Positions 11,990-26,489 of a DNA stretch of 64,000 bases are shown piece by piece. The notes beneath the pieces were generated by a model that worked only from the letters and a program-made list of their open reading frames with translations, was not told the DNA's origin and searched no databases. The stretch is from NCBI GenBank assembly GCA_964016885.1, contig OZ024742.1, positions 288,920,001 to 288,984,000 of the forward strand, read 5' to 3'. Made by a program: the position numbers and the translations under genes. Every line of letters begins with the position of its first letter. The stretch's first letter is position 1. This DNA is from Eledone cirrhosa. Its lineage: Eukaryota.

Positions 11990-14954
11990 CCTTTAATTTA
12001 CAGACACATACTCAGAGTAGGCCCATTCACTCGGGCCATACTTGCTTCTCTCACCCATGTTTCAACAAAATGCTGGGAAGAGAGCACTTCCCTCTCTACC
12101 CTGATTTTCCTTTTCAAATGAAATTTGAAAAAGTTAATCAGGTCATCACCGAAGAGTTAAGTGCTCGTCTTCAGCCCTTTCAAACGTGTCCACCATACTA
12201 TCTCTTTCGCCATGGCCACCAGACAGATAAAAACTGCCTGTCCTTCCCGGCTAAAGGAAGAGGGCGGGGCAATCCTCACGATGGACTCAGCTGATAGCTG
12301 GATCCGTCCTACATGCGACAGCAGGTGTTCGACATAAACCCACAAGTCAGCAATGCTCGGATACTGGATGAGTGCATGCAGGATGGTTTCGTCGCCCTGC
12401 ACGCATCTCGGACATGCCTGGCTGACGGCACCTCCATGCCTGTAGAGTTTATCCCGAACTGGCAAGGCTCCTCGATAGTACTGCCAGGCCAGGGATTTCT
12501 GGAAGTTGTCCATAGGCCCCGGCCCGAAAGTTCTTTGGAAGAGATTGGCTAGTTGATTTTCGTCGACGCCTAGAGTTTCCCCAAGTATGTTATCGCTCTT
12601 CCCCTCCACTAATCCTCTACAGAACGCCATGGTGGAGTTTCCACTGATCACATTGCCCGATTGGTCGAGGGCTGTGAGCGCCTGAAGACATTCCAGTCTC
12701 CAAGCGCTTCCTCTCGGTCTTCGCTTGACCCAGGACTGCAGCTCCGTCAAGGAGACGAGCTGGGGAAAGATGCGTCTAGCAAACGGCGACCACACCTGAT
12801 CACCGTCGAGGAAGAGGTGGAGATGTCGTAGCCTGAGCGCGTGTCTGCGCATCATCAGCCACGGCATGCCCAGCCCTCCACGTAGCTGGTGTTGACAGCA
12901 GATGGACCGCCTGACCATCGGAGCGCGTCCATTCCACAAATATGCTGACACGGATCTTCCGCATCCTAGTTCGCGCGGGACCCCCCTCAACGTCTCCAGT
13001 TTGTGCAGCAATGGCTCGAGAGTCAATACGTACAAGAGGGACGAGAGGGGACATCCTTGGCGGACCGAGCGCATGATGTTGAACGGTTCTGAAAGGTGAC
13101 CATTCACTCTCCCCACATAGCAGATGTCGCTGTGCATGGCAGCGATCCAGCCTCTGAAGACAGGCCCAAAGCCAGCTGCCCTCAGGACTGCCGCTAGGTA
13201 ACGATGGTCGACCCTATTGAAAGCTTTCGACTGATCTAAATTGATCAAGGACCCACCCATGCCAGGTTCCCTAACCCTCTCTACGATGTATCGCATGAGG
13301 TGGAGGTTGTCGTGGATGGATCTGTCGGGAATGGTGCATGTCTGCGCCTCTCCCACCAGACCACCAACGACAAGCGCCAACCTCTTTGCTAGCACCTTGG
13401 CCCAAATCTTGAACTCTGTGTTTAGCAGAGTTATGGGCCTGAAATTATCTATGTTATCCTCCTTTCTCAGGAGCACCACAGCTCCTTGTCTCACAGAGCT
13501 GGGAATTCTCCCGTTCTGTTGCCAGTTGCAGTAGACGTCCGCCAAGAGGCCTCCGAACAAGTCTGGCATCTGTACGTAAAGTTCATAGAGCAGACCATCC
13601 AAACCAGGCGATTTACCCATTGTGCAGCCATTCATTGCCTCCCATACTTCAGCGGCTGTTATCGGCTTTTTGCAACCCTCCGCCTCAGTGGCCGAGAGCC
13701 GCGGCAGTCCGTCGAGGTGGACACTAAAGTCCATCCCTCGATCCGGCCCGCCGCTGCCCCCAAACAGCTGTGCAAAGTGTCGCTGAAAAGCTTCACACAT
13801 TTGCCCGGGATCGAGTAGCATGCGCCCGTTGTGGTCCACCAAAGACTGGATCGTGGCTTTGTTTCCACGACGCGCCTCCGCCACTCGGGCCCATTGAACG
13901 GCTTTCGTCCCCTCGTGTCTGAGAGCACGCACCCTAGCTCTGACAACGCAGCCTTCGTGCTTTGCATTGAAGAATTGGTCAAGGGCCAATTTCGACGCAA
14001 GTACGTCAGTCCCGATGCCTTTGCTAAGTGCCTCGTCTAATTTTCTAACTAGTTCTCCCTCTGCTCTATTTTTCTCTATTGCTAAAGTCTTACTAAACCT
14101 AATGGACTCTATTCTAATCGCTCTTTTCAGAGCAAACCACCACTTGTTGTTCACGATGGCCTCCGTCAATGGCCGCTTAACTAGTTCGCTAATCCGGTCT
14201 CTGTAGGCCTTGCGCGCTGGTAAGGACGCGTTTAGCTTCCAGTAGCCGGGTCCTCATCTATGAAGCCTATCTAAGTCAAGCACACAGATCACGAATTTGT
14301 GGTCCGTGTAGCTGACTATCTTGAATTGTGGACAGCCTATGCTAGACCTATCTATTTCCCTACAAAATACTCTATCTAGATATGATCTGGATGATCCTAT
14401 ACGATTTGTCCAAGTCCACATTGGCACATTCGGGAAATCCAATCGGTACCTGTCAGACAGTTCAAAACACCTGAGCAGGTTGGTGAGGCTCTTGCACCCT
14501 CCTCCCCTATCCGCTAATCCCACACAGTTCCAGCGTGCATCTAAGATTCCGTTCCAGTCGCCCACTAACACTAGGTCTCCAGACGCCGGAAGAAATTAGG
14601 CCGCCCTGCTCCTGTCGGGGCATAGACAGCCACTAGCCTGAAAGCTTTTCCGTCTCCGCTGGTCACGTCCAGCACCACCAACTTACCTTCCGGGTCCAGG
14701 AAGATGGCCTGTATGGCGAGATGCAAACCTCTCCAAAAAAGCACAGCAACTTCTCCCCCCGATCCAGGATGGCTGGGAGATGCGTACACATTGTAGCCGC
14801 CGAAGATCGGTCCGAAGGCCTGTGCTTCGGAGATTCTGGTCTCACTGATGGCCACATCTATGTTTAGTGATCTGAGGTTGTTGAGCAGGTGGCCCTGCTT
14901 CCATGACGACCCCAAGCCACGCGCATTTATGCTGCCTATTCTGAGTGAGGTCAT
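11990..14954 (-). pseudogene. Tx1-like ORF2 (AP endonuclease plus RT), frameshifted, catalytic YADD deleted
   Basis: ORFs 14571-14954 (SINARGL, VYAP), 14254-14571 (GDWN, TDH) and 12157-14169 (KSPGLDG, FRPITLLN, DQSKAF, RQGCPLS). SAY is joined directly to LWNG. Confidence 0.88.
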
Positions 14955-14988
14955 GTTGAAATGGAGTGGAAAAGATGGGAAAGACTAC

Positions 14989-16433
14989 TTACCTTACTTC
15001 TCGTAGAGGATGGATGGTTTCTCCATCCTTTTCACTGCTTGTGGCCTCCTCAGGAAGGATGTCCTTATAAATCCTCCTGGAGAGTGCTTGTTGGAAGTCT
15101 CCGATGTCTTTGGTGAATTTTTGTTTTAGTGTCGTGTACGTTTTCTGTGTGATGCAAGTGATTTGTATGTGTGGAGGTGGTGTGAACTTTTGGGTTGTTG
15201 TGTAGTCTTTTTCTGTGATGCTGGTGTTGTGTTGGATGTAGTGTAATAATTGGTTGTTGTTCAAATTTAATGCTGTGTAGTGTGTATCGTTTTGGTTGTT
15301 TTGTTTTGTTTGTATTTGTTGTGGGTTTGTTTCTGTTTCGCTTTTTGGTGACTTTTGTGGTGATGGTGATGGTGGTGTTAGGGTTAATGATGGTGATGGT
15401 GTTGGTGTTTGTGGTGATGGGGTTGGTGATGCTGGTGTGGATGGTGGCATAGCTGTCCTAACTTTTTTGTTTGATAGTTTATTTGTTTCCCTCTGTATTT
15501 TGTTTTTGGAGGGGGAGGGAAGAGGATTTTTTCTTTTTTGGTTTCTTTTTCTTTTTTGGTTTCTTTTTCTTTTTTTCTTTTTTCCTGATACCGTTTACCA
15601 CTCATCGTCGTCACAATCTGTCTCCAGTTGCAATAGGTTGGGGAGTGGAAAATCCTCCACAGGCGTTGGTTTTGGTTGTGGCATGGTGGATGGTGTAGGC
15701 GCTGGTGCTAGTTCTGGCGCGTTGGGTGGTGGTGATGTTGGTTTTGCTACTGTTGCTGTTACAGTTGCTTCTTTGCTGCTGCTACAGTTGCTGCTGCCAT
15801 TTCTGTTGCTGGTGGTGTTGATGTTTGAGTCACTGGGGTGGGTAAGAGAGGTGGTCTCAACCTTTTAGCCTGAGGGCAGAAAGCCCTTAGGTGGGTTTCT
15901 TCACCACAAACGACACACCTAGGCCTTCTGCCCTAGACGATTACAGTGAGGTGGCTGCCGTCAGTGAGGTCTATTACCTCTGGGATCTCCTCAATGCTTT
16001 TTTGGTCCGCTTGGATCAGGAGTCCATCCCAGATCCGGACCAGTTCTCCTGCTTTTCTTTCGCTATTTCGATTATCTTGGTGTTGGCTTCGATGCCGGCG
16101 AGAACGGCAGCCATTAGCCAGGGAATTTCGATGGCCGGTGGAACGTGGGTCACCCTGATCTTCACGAGTATCTGACCACAATAGCTTGGGACGAGTGTGA
16201 AGTCGTCACTTCTTAATGGGGCCATGGAGTGCTCTCTGGTCTCCTGTGGTGTTTCAAAGAACACGTTTACGGTTCCATATTTCTGCCCACGTCTGATGTG
16301 GGTTTTTTTTGCCCACACATGTCCCAAAGCTTTTTGGATTTGGGACTCGGATGCCCGTTCCACTCGGCGCGATTTTATGTTAATCGTCCGATAAGACATG
16401 GTGCATAGGCGCCGATGCTCCATTTTATTAGGT

Positions 16434-16464
<31 letters not shown>

Positions 16465-16945
16465 GCTGACCCTGTACCCATCTTTCTTTACCATTTTTTT
16501 GGCTTCTTCTAATTCCTCCTGAGTTACCTGGAATGCTTCGCACTTTTTTGCTACTCTCGGAAAAGAGGGTAGTTTTCTTAATTTCATTGTTGCTGTTGCT
16601 GTTGTTATCGTTATTTTTGTTATTGTTAATTTTAGTTTCAGTTGTGGTGGTGGTGGCGTCAGTGGTGTTCGGTGAGGAAGAGTTTATTTTGGTTGAATTC
16701 ATTTCGATATCACGAGTTAATTTATTTTTTTCTTTTGTTTCTGTTGTCGCTGTGGTGGTGGTAGGTGTGGCGGCTTTAACACCTGCAGTCATTGGTAATG
16801 GCGGGAAATTAATGTCTGCCTGAGACAAATTTAAAATATTGCTACTGCTTACATTTTTAGTGTTGGCAAACGTAGTAATATTTACAATGGTGGTGTCGGT
16901 GTGAGGTGTTAGTTTGTGAGGAAGGTGTGACTCTGAGTCGTCCAT
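14989..16945 (-). pseudogene. Tx1-like ORF1 (gag-like), frameshifted
   Basis: ORF 16016-16945 continues out of frame into GRRPRCVVCGEETHLRAFCPQ (CX2CX4HX4C knuckle, ~15870-15935) and a T/P-rich tail. Confidence 0.75.
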
Positions 16946-17159
16946 GATTTTTCAAAGAAAAATTTTTGTTTGATAATTATAAAAGTGTAAATTTTGGGCT
17001 CAAGGCCCCAATCTTTTTGGGTGTCCTTTTCAGATAACAATGTACGTGCACTTATATACAGTTAACAATAAAAAGTTTCCATAAATGGCAATTTTAAACA
17101 ACTGAAAATAACAAACCTTTGCGGAGCTCACGATGATACGATTTACTACATAGGTTGCC

Positions 17160-17206
<47 letters not shown>

Positions 17207-17916
17207 GAGGAAGAAGTAGCAGCATCATCAGCAGCAGCAGCTCAGTGTGTTTATGTTTTGCTTAATAAAGGTTTCTAATCAGGGAAATACTTTTTGCTCA
17301 ACCTGTAGAGGTTTTGTCATAATTTGATCTGGTCAATGAATTTATAAGCATATAAAAGTGAGATACATGCTTAAATATACGTGAGTGTTAATAATTTCTT
17401 TATTTAATTGTATAATATCTTTATTTAATAGTATAAACAAATTTCTATATCAGTATTATTTGCTTTATTGAATCAATTTTTAGCTGATAGGTTTCCTTTA
17501 ACATTTATTATATGAACGGAAGACATATAATTTAACAATGTCTGCATATTTAAAAGAAAATGAAGCAGAAAGGGAAACATTTTAAATAGTAAAAGTAAGG
17601 GAAAGCAAAGAGGGAGCAACAGACATTACAGCCCTGCCTCAGTGTGGTACAGTGTGATTTATCATTTATACTCTATACAATGGTAGTAGCAGAATGGGTG
17701 TTCAGTTGAAGAAGGAGGTTGAGAATTGTTTCTAGAATTGTGGGATGGTGACCTTGTTACTTTCTGTATTGTAGTAAATTTATGGTCAGCTGGTATCATG
17801 GTATATATATATATATATATATAGGGATTGTAACATCCAGTTACTGTAGGTTCACCAAAGTGAGCACTCGATGTGTAGTTTCCAGTAGGTATATTGGTGT
17901 TGTACTAAGCAGAGTA

Positions 17917-17949
<33 letters not shown>

Positions 17950-17951
<2 letters not shown>

Positions 17952-18428
17952 TCATCATCATCATCATCACCGTTTTACGTCCGTTCTTCCACGCTAGCAT
18001 GGGTTAGACGGGTTGTCCTGTTGTGGGCAGTGTCTGGTCGGCTGACCATGCCTTGCTCATACAGGAACTGATCTGGCTTGATTTCTACAGCTGGATGCCC
18101 TTCCTAACACCAACCTGATTTACAGTGAGTGCTGGGTGCTTTTTCGTGGCGCCTACACGTCCACTTTACAGTGTGGGCTGGGTGCTTTTTTGCCGTGGCA
18201 CCTCCACGACCACCTTGCGGTGTGTGTGGGGGGGGGGGGGGGGCATATTGTTTATATGCTTCAGCATGTACCCATGGGAGGTCGGGTACCCTGTATTACT
18301 GCGTGACGCCAGAAGTCACGGTCGTGTGTCATTGACTTTGAGAGGTGTAGTTGGGTAAGGTCGGCTTTTATCACCTCATCCCAAGTCATCTTGGGTCTCC
18401 CCACTCCGCGGTTTCCATCAACTTCTAG
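17950..18428 (-). mobile_element. RTE 3' fragment, near-identical to 25718-26190
   Basis: Same sequence apart from the G-run region; (GAT)n tail; next to (TA)n. Confidence 0.85.
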
Positions 18429-19439
18429 ATATATAAGAACTGGGTTCTTTACAATATAATATATAGAATTATATACTCAAAGAAGTGTGTTTTGAATTAA
18501 TGGGGTGAAAACCACTATGGTGCAATGCATATAATCTACAAAAAACAGAAAATACTTAACCGGAAAAAGTGAATTAAAATGTACTAACCATTTCAATAAC
18601 TAATAAACTCCTGGACAAACTACAGATAGAGTTTGTTTCGCCAAAAATTAGTGTCTGAGTCATAGAATCTCAGGGCTTCTCAATATATTATTCTTGATAT
18701 TTAGTTATCTGAATTATCTCTAGGAGTGTTATTCATACAATCTTTGCTCCTGTTGAGAAGCCCTGGGATTTCTGAATAGCTTGCCTAAGTCACCTAAGTG
18801 AAATCTTTCTGATTTTTTAACCCAACTTTTCAGTTGTAATTTATCTTTCTATCATTTTTATGATTGAGGAAAATGATGTGTATGAATTCTGAAGAAACAA
18901 ATCAAAACAACCTGAGTTACCGCCCTTTTTTTTTTAATGTGGGCACAAATGTAAATTAGCGGCCCGCCTGATGAGAACCATATATCATGTGGCCCACTTC
19001 TTGAAAAAGGTCGCTCATGCTTGGTTTATGTGATCCCAGATATCAGTTAGAGAATTACAATAGATGTGGAGTACTTAAGCCTGATTACACAAGAGTATAT
19101 TAATTGCGGTGATGCAAGTGCAAATTGACAATTAATTAAATATTGAAATACGACAATATATATATCATTCCACTGCAAAATGGTCGTGGAGGTGCCATGG
19201 CAAAAAAGCACCCAGTCCACACTGTAAATGAGGTTGGTGTTAGGAAGGGCATCCAGCTGTAGAAATCAAGCCAGAATCAGTTCCCGTCCCACCCTTGCAA
19301 GCAGGGAAAAGTGGACGTAAAATGAAATGATGATGATGATGATGATGATATATAGGTGTAATCTTAATAAGACTGTTTTTGCATCCCCTCTTTGTATTAT
19401 TTCTTCATTTATATATATATACATACATATATATATATT

Positions 19440-20121
<682 letters not shown>

Positions 20122-20699
20122 CTGTCAAACAGTTGCCATAAATCATGTTTAGTAATCAGACAGGAACAGCTGGTTGGTCTTTTCTCTTCCTTTTTTTTAT
20201 TTCTGCCCCTCTCTCTCTCTCTCTCCATCTCTACACTCTCTCTCTCTCTCAGAACTGTTACACACCTATCAGGTAACAGGTGTGTAATTAATACTACCTG
20301 TTTAATGCCACCCCACCCCCTACTCATTTTGTGTTGTAATAAGCTAATAGTGTAATAAGTGCAGTGGAGACCTGTAATTTCTATATTGCTGTGTTGCTTA
20401 GTGGTTAGGGTGTTTGGCTTAGGACTCCAATAAGGCTCACTATTCCTTTCATCTTTTTGTTGTGGTTAATAAAGAAAGTAGCAGCCCAGTGCAGCTGGTG
20501 TAGCCATCTGTCCTTCCAGCTGTCACATCCTGGAGGTTCTGCTGGATCAAGGAAGAGATAATTGAGAGCTTGCCTGTATTTCCTCAAAGCTACGTGGTCA
20601 ACTAAACCTGGATGTTCAGGTGAATTAAGGGATGGAGGGTCAAGTGGTTTACTGTGTTTCTTTACAATTATATGGTCAACTAAAATCTGAATCAAGCGA

Positions 20700-20838
20700 C
20701 ATAGTTATGTCCCTTTACAGACCGAGTTGAAATCCCGCTGAGGTTAACTTTGCCTTTCATCCTTACGGGGTCGATAAAATGAAGTACCAGTAATGTACTG
20801 AGTAATTGCTGGCCTTGTGCCAAAAGTAGAAACAATTA
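20700..20838 (+). mobile_element. SINE family A partial copy
   Basis: GCCTTTCATCCTTACGGGGTCGATAAAATGAAGTACCAG...AGTAGAAACAATTAT. Confidence 0.8.
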
Positions 20839-21166
20839 TATGCACAATAGGTTGGTTGGTAGGGAGGCAGATGGTTGGTATCCTCATGGTGTGGTGTCCA
20901 AACCATTGTGTCAGAACCATTACACACATTGTTGTATCTGATGATGGATAGTTGTTCTCTCCACAATCTTTACTGATTTTATCACCATCTGTTGCTCATA
21001 CATTCCATGTATTGGCATAGATTCTACAGATGGATGCCATTCTACTTTATTCATGGATGCAAACTACTTTACTGAGGTGTACTGGGGTAGGCATATTATA
21101 TGCACAAAATAAACACAAAAACAACACAGGGAATGATACTGTAAAACGAAGCAATGAAGATATATA

Positions 21167-21824
21167 TCTAAACTATAATAAAGTAAGAAGCACAGGTTTA
21201 TATTTTTTTATCCCCTTAGTAAAATAAGTTGGATTACTTTGAATAAATAATTGTTTCTACGTTAGGCACAAGGCCAGCAATTACCCAGTGCATTACTGGT
21301 ACTTTATTTTATCGACCCCGTAAGGATGAAAGGCAAAGTTAACCTTGGCGGAATTTGAACTTAGAATGGCAAGGACCGTAACTCTATACGTCAAAGCATG
21401 GCGTCCGACCCTCTGCCAATACTGCCAATCCACCAATGAATGAATATTACATAATTTATCTACTAAATTTCGTGGCTGTTCATTAAATAAATTTTATTGT
21501 TTATTTAACGATTCACTTCTTTAACATTTTCAAATGTCAACACTTCCAGTTAGCGATCGCTTAAATAAACATTCATATATTTCCGTCACTGATTTTCTCC
21601 TATTGCAGTTTATATATAATATCGTCTTTTTTTATTGTATCATGGATTACTTTACTGATTACATAAGACAGTGTAATGCAGTCTTCATTCAATTTCTGTG
21701 TATATTGTCAATTACGATTTTATTTGATGTATCATATCTACATGCATATATACTTGCGTATAATATCAATATGCACGCTACACATGCTAGCAGTCAACCA
21801 CCCGAACAGTGGTTTTTCTGCTAG
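21167..21824 (+). mobile_element. Non-autonomous Helitron containing a nested SINE A (21249-21433)
   Basis: A|TCTAAACTATAATAAAG 5' end; subterminal hairpin AACCAC-ccgaaca-GTGGTT; CTAG|T 3' end; second copy at 51522-51990. Confidence 0.8.
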
Positions 21825-22574
21825 TTAGTTTAATGCTTGATATCTATATATAAATTTGAGCGACTTCCGTTCATCCGTCCATTACACAATGTGTGTGTAA
21901 AAGGAAAGAAGGGGAGGGTGAAAAACTATAGCAAAACAGCTGCTGGCATTCCATTTTCTGTGTGTATATTTGTGTGAATGTATGTCTGTGAGTATTTTTG
22001 TGTCTCTGTGTTTGCGCGTTTATATTTATATACTCATACATATAAATGTATGCATATGCACATACACACAAACACATATACACATATGTGTTAGCGTGTT
22101 GAAAAAAATCCTAGTATAGGAAAAGAGACTTAATGCTTTGGATGTTAGTACTTCATCAGAATGTAGAATGAGACATAAAAGAAGAAATAGAATAATAGAC
22201 AAGAGTAAGAAGAGGAAGAAACAGAATTTATTGTTTCGGAGGGAAAGCAGACGTGTTTAATCAGCCATTTTGGACACACTATATATGTTGGTTGGGTGGT
22301 ATTCTGCTGACATGTCAAAAACCATCATACCCCTGGATCAGCCTCTATTCATGTGGCCAGACATTCTTTTGTGTTATCCACATGATGGGCTGGCATGATG
22401 GCTGGTAGGTTGGTAGGTTGTCATTCCTGTGACATGTTCAAACCCTCAAACTCTTTGCTGTATATAAATAACAATAGATCGAGCTTGTCCTCCTCCAGTT
22501 TCCTGATCTTGTTGTTACAAACTCTATTTTGTCTGGTTTCATTGATAGATCTTCTTGGGCAGTCAAATGATAAA

Positions 22575-23030
22575 ACATCATCATCATCATCACCGTTTTA
22601 TGTCCATTCTTCCACGCTAGCATTGGTTAGATGGGTTGTCCTGTTGTGGGCAATGCCAGATCGGGTGACCATGTCTTGCTCATACGAAAACTGATTTTGG
22701 CTTGATTTCTACAGCTGGATGCCCTTCCTAACACCAACCTCATTTACAGTGAGTGCTGGGTGCTTTTTTACCGTGGCACCTACACAACCACTCTACAGTG
22801 TTGACTGGGTGCTTTTTTGTTGTGACACCTCCACGACCACTTTGCAGTAGGAGGGGCTGGGGGCATATTGTCTATATGCTTCAGATTTGGCTTGTACCCA
22901 TGGGAAATCAGGTCTTCTGTATTACTGCGAAACGCCAGAGGTCTCGGTCCTGTGTCATCGCATTCGAGAGGTGCAATTGGGCAAGGTCAGCTTTTATCAT
23001 CTCATCCCAGGTCTTCTTGGGTCTCCCAAC
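22575..23030 (-). mobile_element. RTE 3' fragment
   Basis: Diverged homologue of 25745-26190. Confidence 0.8.
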
Positions 23031-23139
23031 AAAACAATAAAACAGTAAAAGAATATATGAGGCTGGTGACCATTGTAATATTTTTAAGAATCACTATAAA
23101 CAGGGTGGTGAAGGGAGTATAAAAAGAAGATAAATAATG

Positions 23140-23530
23140 ATTTCTACTATAGGCACAAGGCCAGCAATTGGGGAGTGGGGAAAGTTGACCCCAGTGCATT
23201 ACTGGTGCCTTATTTTATTAACTTCATAAGGATGAAAGTCAAAGCTAACCTTGGCGGGATTTGAACTTAGAACGTAACTCTATGCTGTAAGGGAGGGTGC
23301 CTGATGCTCTACCGATTCTGCTAATCCATTGCCAGTGTGTAATAATTGTTTATACTTTTGGCACAAGGCCAGCAATTACCTAGTACATTATTGGTACTTT
23401 ATTTTATCAACCTCGTAAGGATGAAAGGCAAAGTTAACCTCAGTGGGATTTGAACTCAGAATGGCAAGGGCCGTAACTCTATGCATCAAAGCATGGTGTC
23501 CGACCCTCTACCGATACTGCCAATCCAACC
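23140..23530 (-). mobile_element. Two tandem SINE family A copies
   Basis: Motif set repeated at 23140-23335 and 23343-23530. Confidence 0.8.
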
Positions 23531-24356
23531 CAATAATGGCCTCCAGTACTATGTAACTAGCCAGTGTGTGCTACTGAATATCAAACATGGTAGTGTCTGT
23601 TATCATTGTTATCATCAATGATGTTTTAATGTCCATTTTCCACACTGGCATGGGTTGGATGGGTAGTCATGTTCAGAGACCTGATTGGTCAGATGACCAG
23701 ATATTGCTCATATGCTCCATATTTTGAGATGCCTTTCTTAACACCAGCCACTTGGACTAGGTGCATGTTTTTCATTGTGCCAGCACTACCTCTTTACAGA
23801 GCAGGCTTGGTGCATTTTATAGAGGCACCAGCACTACCACTTTATAGACTGGACTGGGTACATGTTTTTCATTGAGCCAACGCTACCACTTTACAGAATA
23901 GGCTGGGTGCATTTTATAGTGGCACCAGCATTACCACTTTACAAAGTGGTCTGCAGCAACACAAGATTCTGAATATATTGAAATTTCTGAGAGAGAGAGA
24001 GGAAAAACCAAAATCCTGCTGTAATTGTTAGTAACCTTGAATAAACAGAGAAGATAATTTGATTAAATTAAGAATGATTTAACAGTTGATTTACTATGCT
24101 TAGTTGACTTAACACAATGTTCATGATGGTGTTTGATGGTGGTTTGTTGTTGTTGTTGATAGTGGAGATGGTAATGGTGGTAATGGTGGTTGATGGTTGG
24201 TGGTAGTGGAGGTGGTAATGGGGTTGATGGTGGGTGGTGCTGATACAAACAGTGGTGGTGAGAGTTGTGGTGGTGGTGGCGGTGGTGGTGGAAAGTAACA
24301 ACTGGAGTAAATACTACTTGTGCTGCTTCTGCTATTACTATTACTAACACTACTAT

Positions 24357-24408
<52 letters not shown>

Positions 24409-24569
24409 GAAGATCTATTGAGCCAGAATATTGACCTTTTAAGTACCCACTTGCTTTGAGGTTGTTCTTTGGTTTTATGAGAAGAGTTTATATATATATA
24501 TAAGTTAGATAGATAGATAAGTTAGATAAATAGATTGATAAGTTAGATAGATAGATAGATAGATAGATA

Positions 24570-24693
24570 TATTTCTTTATTTACCATAAAGGCATAAAAA
24601 GAAGGGACAAATACAAAGGGGGAGTTTACATACAATCGAGTAAAAAGGGTATAAAATGAAAATAATCGAAAACAACCTCAAAAGGGAGGGGAC

Positions 24694-24695
<2 letters not shown>
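24570..24695 (-). mobile_element. Tx1-like 3' UTR fragment within (GATA)n
   Basis: Matches 61815-61945; AATAAAGAAA end flanked by GATA repeats on both sides. Confidence 0.6.
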
Positions 24696-24745
<50 letters not shown>

Positions 24746-25038
24746 TAGAGTTATTTAGATATTTTTAGTTTAATTTTATATGTAAATTGTCAATGGCTGT
24801 TAACAGCACTTGTGTTGACTTAAATGTAAAATATCTCTCCAACAAACTTCATTAATTCCAGTGAAATGATTTCTACTAGCAGACAAAGAACCATAGTTAA
24901 TTTTCTTCCTCAATAAGTTCTAGTGGATATCGTTATTGCTGATTGTTTTACTGTGCCTGGTTTAGTGGTTCGGGTGTTGGACTTACAATTGTAAAGTCAT
25001 AAGTTCAATTCTCATGATGTGGTTTAGTGGTTAGAACC

Positions 25039-25260
25039 TTAACTCTTTAGCATTTACATTACTCCATATTTACTATTGTATTTTTATGGTAAACACTTTA
25101 TCTTACATAATTATCTCACATAATATCGAATGAGATATCTATGAGATTTTGATGTTATTTATTTTGAGAACAATAGCTTAACGTCAGTATGAGTGGCTGA
25201 TTATGGCCGGTTTGAACAGAAAGAGGTCAGATATGGCTGGTTTAAATGCTAAAGAGTTAA
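25039..25260. mobile_element. piggyBac-like MITE (TTAA TSD) inserted in a SINE head
   Basis: TTAA-CTCTTTAGCATTTA ... TAAATGCTAAAGAG-TTAA. Confidence 0.8.
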
Positions 25261-25504
25261 ATAATTGATCATAAGATCAAGAGTTTGATTCCTGGACCAG
25301 AAAGCATATTGTAAGGCACTTCATTTTACATTGTTTTTCATGATAGGACTCGGGGCCCCTATCAAAAACACCTGAGAAACCTCCTAGGAGACCAAGCCAA
25401 CCTCATCTACATACAGTTGTCCCTGGGAAAGCATTTGTTAAAATGGTTTGCTAATGAGGCTCAGTGTATGAAAAAATATGTTGATGGATGATAATGATAT
25501 ATAT

Positions 25505-26190
25505 GAAGGTGGAAGACTTACGTAGATTAGAGAGAAACGAAGCCTGCATGCTCCGATGGATGTGTAACAGTAATATACGTGAACGACAAAGCATAAAGGA
25601 ATTGAGAGAGAGACTGAGCATAAGAGGAATCAAATGCTGCGTGCAGGAGAGGCGGTTACGCTGGTATGGACATGTGATGCGTATGAAGGATGACAGCTGC
25701 ATAAAAAGGTGCAGAGCACTAGAAGTTGATGGAAACCGCGGAGTGGGGAGACCCAAGATGACTTGGGATGAGGTGATAAAAGCCGACCTTACCCAACTAC
25801 ACCTCTCAAAGTCAATGACACACGACCGTGACTTCTGGCGTCACGCAGTAATACAGGGTACCCGACCTCCCATGGGTACATGCTGAAGCATATAAACAAT
25901 ATGCCCCCCCCCCCCCACCGCAAGGTGGCCGTGGAGGTGCCACGGCAAAAAAGCACCCAGCCCACACTGTAAAGTGGACGTGTAGGCGCCACGAAAAAGC
26001 ACCCAGCACTCACTGTAAATGAGGTTGGTGTTAGGAAGGGCATCCAGCTGTAGAAATCAAGCCAGATCAGTTCCTGTATGAGCAAGGCATGGTCAGCCGA
26101 CCAGACACTGCCCACAACAGGACAACCCGTCTAACCCATGCTAGCGTGGAAGAACGGACGTAAAACGGTGATGATGATGATGATGATGAT
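25505..26190 (+). mobile_element. RTE LINE 3' end
   Basis: ORF 25488-25886 (RRLRWYGHVMR, GRPKMTW) plus 3' UTR and (GAT)n tail. Confidence 0.9.
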
Positions 26191-26489
26191 GTACATACTT
26201 ATACACACACATGAGCATACAGACATATATGTCATAGTTGTTCATCACCTATTTACTGACCATCATGTATGATGTAGTATGAAAAGAAGAACCTGCATAG
26301 GTGTGAAATGTAACAGCAACAACACACACACACAGTGACAATGCCAAAGATAAAGACAAATTCACCTCATGCTGCCAGACGAAAAGGCAAGGACTCCTCT
26401 TTATTTCGGCCGCGGATGGCCAACATACCCCCCCCCCCCCCAACCGTTCCCACCCACCAAGCGCAATCCAAAACTTCAGAGTTGGTACC

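Larger units (their letters stand above)
11744..17160 (-). mobile_element. Near full-length Tx1-like L1-clade LINE inserted in (AAT)n
   Basis: ORF1 plus APE-RT ORF2; 3' end CCTTGTGGTTAATAAAGAAAGC(ATT)n; (ATT)n also flanks the 5' end. Confidence 0.9.

Noticed and set aside
11947-14599. Plus-strand ORFs over the Tx1 element
   Set aside because: Antisense shadows of a GC-richer coding region
20405-20695. 96-aa non-repetitive ORF
   Set aside because: No recognisable motif or convincing splice sites; overlaps a Tx1-like tail stub
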